Shown piece by piece: positions 62,336 to 64,000 of a stretch of 64,000 bases of DNA. Origin of the DNA: Planctomycetales bacterium. GTDB lineage: Bacteria; 4484-113. Position 1 is the first letter of the stretch; each line of letters begins with the position of its first letter. Under the pieces are notes generated by a model. It searched no databases. It saw only the letters and a program-made list of their open reading frames with translations, and was not told the DNA's origin. The stretch spans positions 18,778 to 82,777 of the forward strand of contig JBBIRS010000008.1 of assembly GCA_037441675.1 (NCBI GenBank), given 5' to 3'. The translations under genes and the position numbers were made by a program.

Positions 62336-63352
62336 ATGAAAATAGGCATAATCGGTGCTGGGAGTTTCGGAACAACTCTTGGTCATATCTGGTCTCTAGC
62401 AGGTCACAATGTCACAATCTGGGCCAGGGAGCCTGAAGTAGAAAGGGGAATTAACGTAGAACATAGGAATCCGCTATACCATTCGGAGGTGATACTCCAT
62501 CACGAGCTAAAAGCTACTGCAAACCTTTCAGATTGTTTAACAAATAAGGACATCCTAGTGCTCGCAGTTCCAGCAAAATTCTTAAGAGCCTTTATCCAAT
62601 CATTACTTGATGCCTGGGCAAAGGCAAAGCTTCGTAGTGATATTCCGTTAATCTCGGTTGTCAAGGGTTTTCTATTAGATCCAACGGAGCTCGTCAGCAA
62701 TCTAATAAACAAATCGCTTAGGTCTGTTGGTGAATTTAAATGGCTTCAATTCGCCGGACCCAACATTTCTTACGAAATAATCCGTGGCAAGCCATGCGCG
62801 AGCGTACTAGCCTGCAACGATATGGTTGTTGCTTCTTCTCTCCAAAGCGAACTTTCAACGCAATCACTGAGAATTTATACAAGCAGGGATACGATTGGCG
62901 TTGAAACCTGCGGAGCGATCAAGAATGTAATTGCTATTGCCTGCGGAATGGCTAGTGGACTTGGTTTGGGTGATAACGCTAAGGCAGTCCTGATCACTAG
63001 AGGGTTATTAGAACTTAAAAGAATAGTTAAGCTGCTCGGTGGCGAGCCGGAGACCGTTAATGGTTTAAGTGGACTTGGCGATTTAGTTGTTACAGGGTTT
63101 TCCGAAAAGAGTAGGAACTACCAGCTCGGTATCGAGTTAGCCCAAGGCAAAAGCCTACAAGAAATTGAGCAGTTAAGTAGGGAGGTGGCTGAGGGAGCTA
63201 GAACCGTAAAAGCAGTAGTTGATCTTGTTAGTAATTGTCAAAGTGAAGTGGAAATTCCCATAATAAATGAGGTTTATCAGGTTATCTACCAAGAGAAGAA
63301 GCCAACGGACGCCATTTCCTCATTGATGAGAAGACCCTTTAAGGCAGAATGA
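62336..63352 (+). CDS. gpsA: NAD(P)H-dependent glycerol-3-phosphate dehydrogenase
   Basis: IGIIGAGSFGT Rossmann motif and GAIKNVIAIACG; 338 aa. Confidence 0.9.
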   Translation: MKIGIIGAGSFGTTLGHIWSLAGHNVTIWAREPEVERGINVEHRNPLYHSEVILHHELKATANLSDCLTNKDILVLAVPAKFLRAFIQSLLDAWAKAKLRSDIPLISVVKGFLLDPTELVSNLINKSLRSVGEFKWLQFAGPNISYEIIRGKPCASVLACNDMVVASSLQSELSTQSLRIYTSRDTIGVETCGAIKNVIAIACGMASGLGLGDNAKAVLITRGLLELKRIVKLLGGEPETVNGLSGLGDLVVTGFSEKSRNYQLGIELAQGKSLQEIEQLSREVAEGARTVKAVVDLVSNCQSEVEIPIINEVYQVIYQEKKPTDAISSLMRRPFKAE

Positions 63353-63397
63353 AGCGCTTGAGGATGCTTTCATAAAGCTTGATAATCCTCTCTTGAT

Positions 63398-64000
63398 TTA
63401 CACGTTTCCCGTTCTTAGCCTATCAGTTACCTTACCCTCGTTTTTGTCAGCTTTAGTTTTAGTTGACGTAGAACCAATCATAGCCCTGAGCTTTTTCTGG
63501 CGGAGAAGAAGCTCTTCAAGCTCTTGCCTTAGCGTAGAAACTTTCGCAGAGTCATTATTCTCGGTTGCCTTAATAAGCTCTCTCTTCTTCGCGGTAATTT
63601 TCTGATTTAGCGCTTCAAGCCTTAAGCTTTTGATTTTCTTTATATGTCCTTCTAAGGAGTAGCCTAAGTTTGAATTACGATTCGCCACTATTTGAGAGAA
63701 GAACTTTTTTAATGAATCGGAGAGTTTATTTGAGCTTGGAGTGAAGTCCTTCTCCATAATTGCGAGGAAGGCATCCCTGAATATGCCTTTAGGAAAGTCC
63801 TCCGCTCTCAGGTGAACCTGCACCTGCTTAATGTACTCAGGTTTGCCTATGACTAAGGAGAAGAAGGAGGAATAAAGAGAATCCGCCGGTTTACCTAGTA
63901 CATCAAGTATCCGTATAGAACGTGATGACACGCGGGATGAATTTGCTAGAGTTTTCGAGCCAACAGCAAGAATATCAGCAACGCTCTTTTGGGAAAGCTT
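63398..64000 (-). CDS. Hypothetical protein, 3' portion of a gene whose 5' end lies beyond the window end
   Basis: The reading frame stays open upstream of the track's GTG start through position 64000 (...LSQKSVADILAVGSKTLANSSR-VSSRSIRIL...), so the ORF is partial. Function not assignable. Confidence 0.4.
   Translation of the reverse strand, partial: KLSQKSVADILAVGSKTLANSSRVSSRSIRILDVLGKPADSLYSSFFSLVIGKPEYIKQVQVHLRAEDFPKGIFRDAFLAIMEKDFTPSSNKLSDSLKKFFSQIVANRNSNLGYSLEGHIKKIKSLRLEALNQKITAKKRELIKATENNDSAKVSTLRQELEELLLRQKKLRAMIGSTSTKTKADKNEGKVTDRLRTGNV

Overview
This 64 kb window reads as bacterial chromosome, roughly 45% GC, with dense coding on both strands. No rRNA genes, CRISPR arrays, cas genes, transposases or phage structural genes are visible. 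There are three tRNA genes: Ala-CGC at 3071-3145, Leu-UAG at 34076-34157 and Pro-GGG at 45931-46004.

The housekeeping backbone is readable from conserved motifs. It includes ribH, hslV, ilvE, a clpC-like ATPase, ftsZ, rex, fmt, ispH, pnp, rpsO, hflX, a xerD-like recombinase, a ubiE/menG-type methyltransferase, mutL, ligA, rarA, mfd, gpsA and a DegT-family aminotransferase.

Within this backbone sit several unusual features:
- An alternative-complex-III-like respiratory module (pentahaem ActA, NrfD-like ActC, ActD running off the window start) with no ActB subunit between ActA and ActC.
- Two very large secreted lipoproteins (PKD, CarbopepD-like, FN3 and dockerin-like modules). The first is followed by an in-frame TAA and then an 80-codon protein-like continuation.
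- A tightly coupled three-gene secreted operon next to tRNA-Leu: a cohesin-like lipoprotein, an M6/InhA-like metalloprotease with Ig/TIG domains, and a TIG-repeat lipoprotein. The last two end in a shared LPPPNLxxxxQY tail.
- A decayed 2.4 kb stretch holding a frameshifted subtilisin-like gene and an orphan copy of the C-terminus of the upstream giant lipoprotein.
- Two related GC-rich elements, each built from two 27-nt hairpin units (conserved CAAG loop, CTACAG tail) plus a second shared motif in circularly permuted order. They lie in otherwise AT-rich intergenic DNA and are candidates for a structured ncRNA or REP-like family.

The best candidates for an undescribed system are the cohesin/dockerin-linked surface protease operon with its C-terminal tag, and the paired GC-rich elements. 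All calls rest on reading the six-frame translations and DNA by eye, without database searches.
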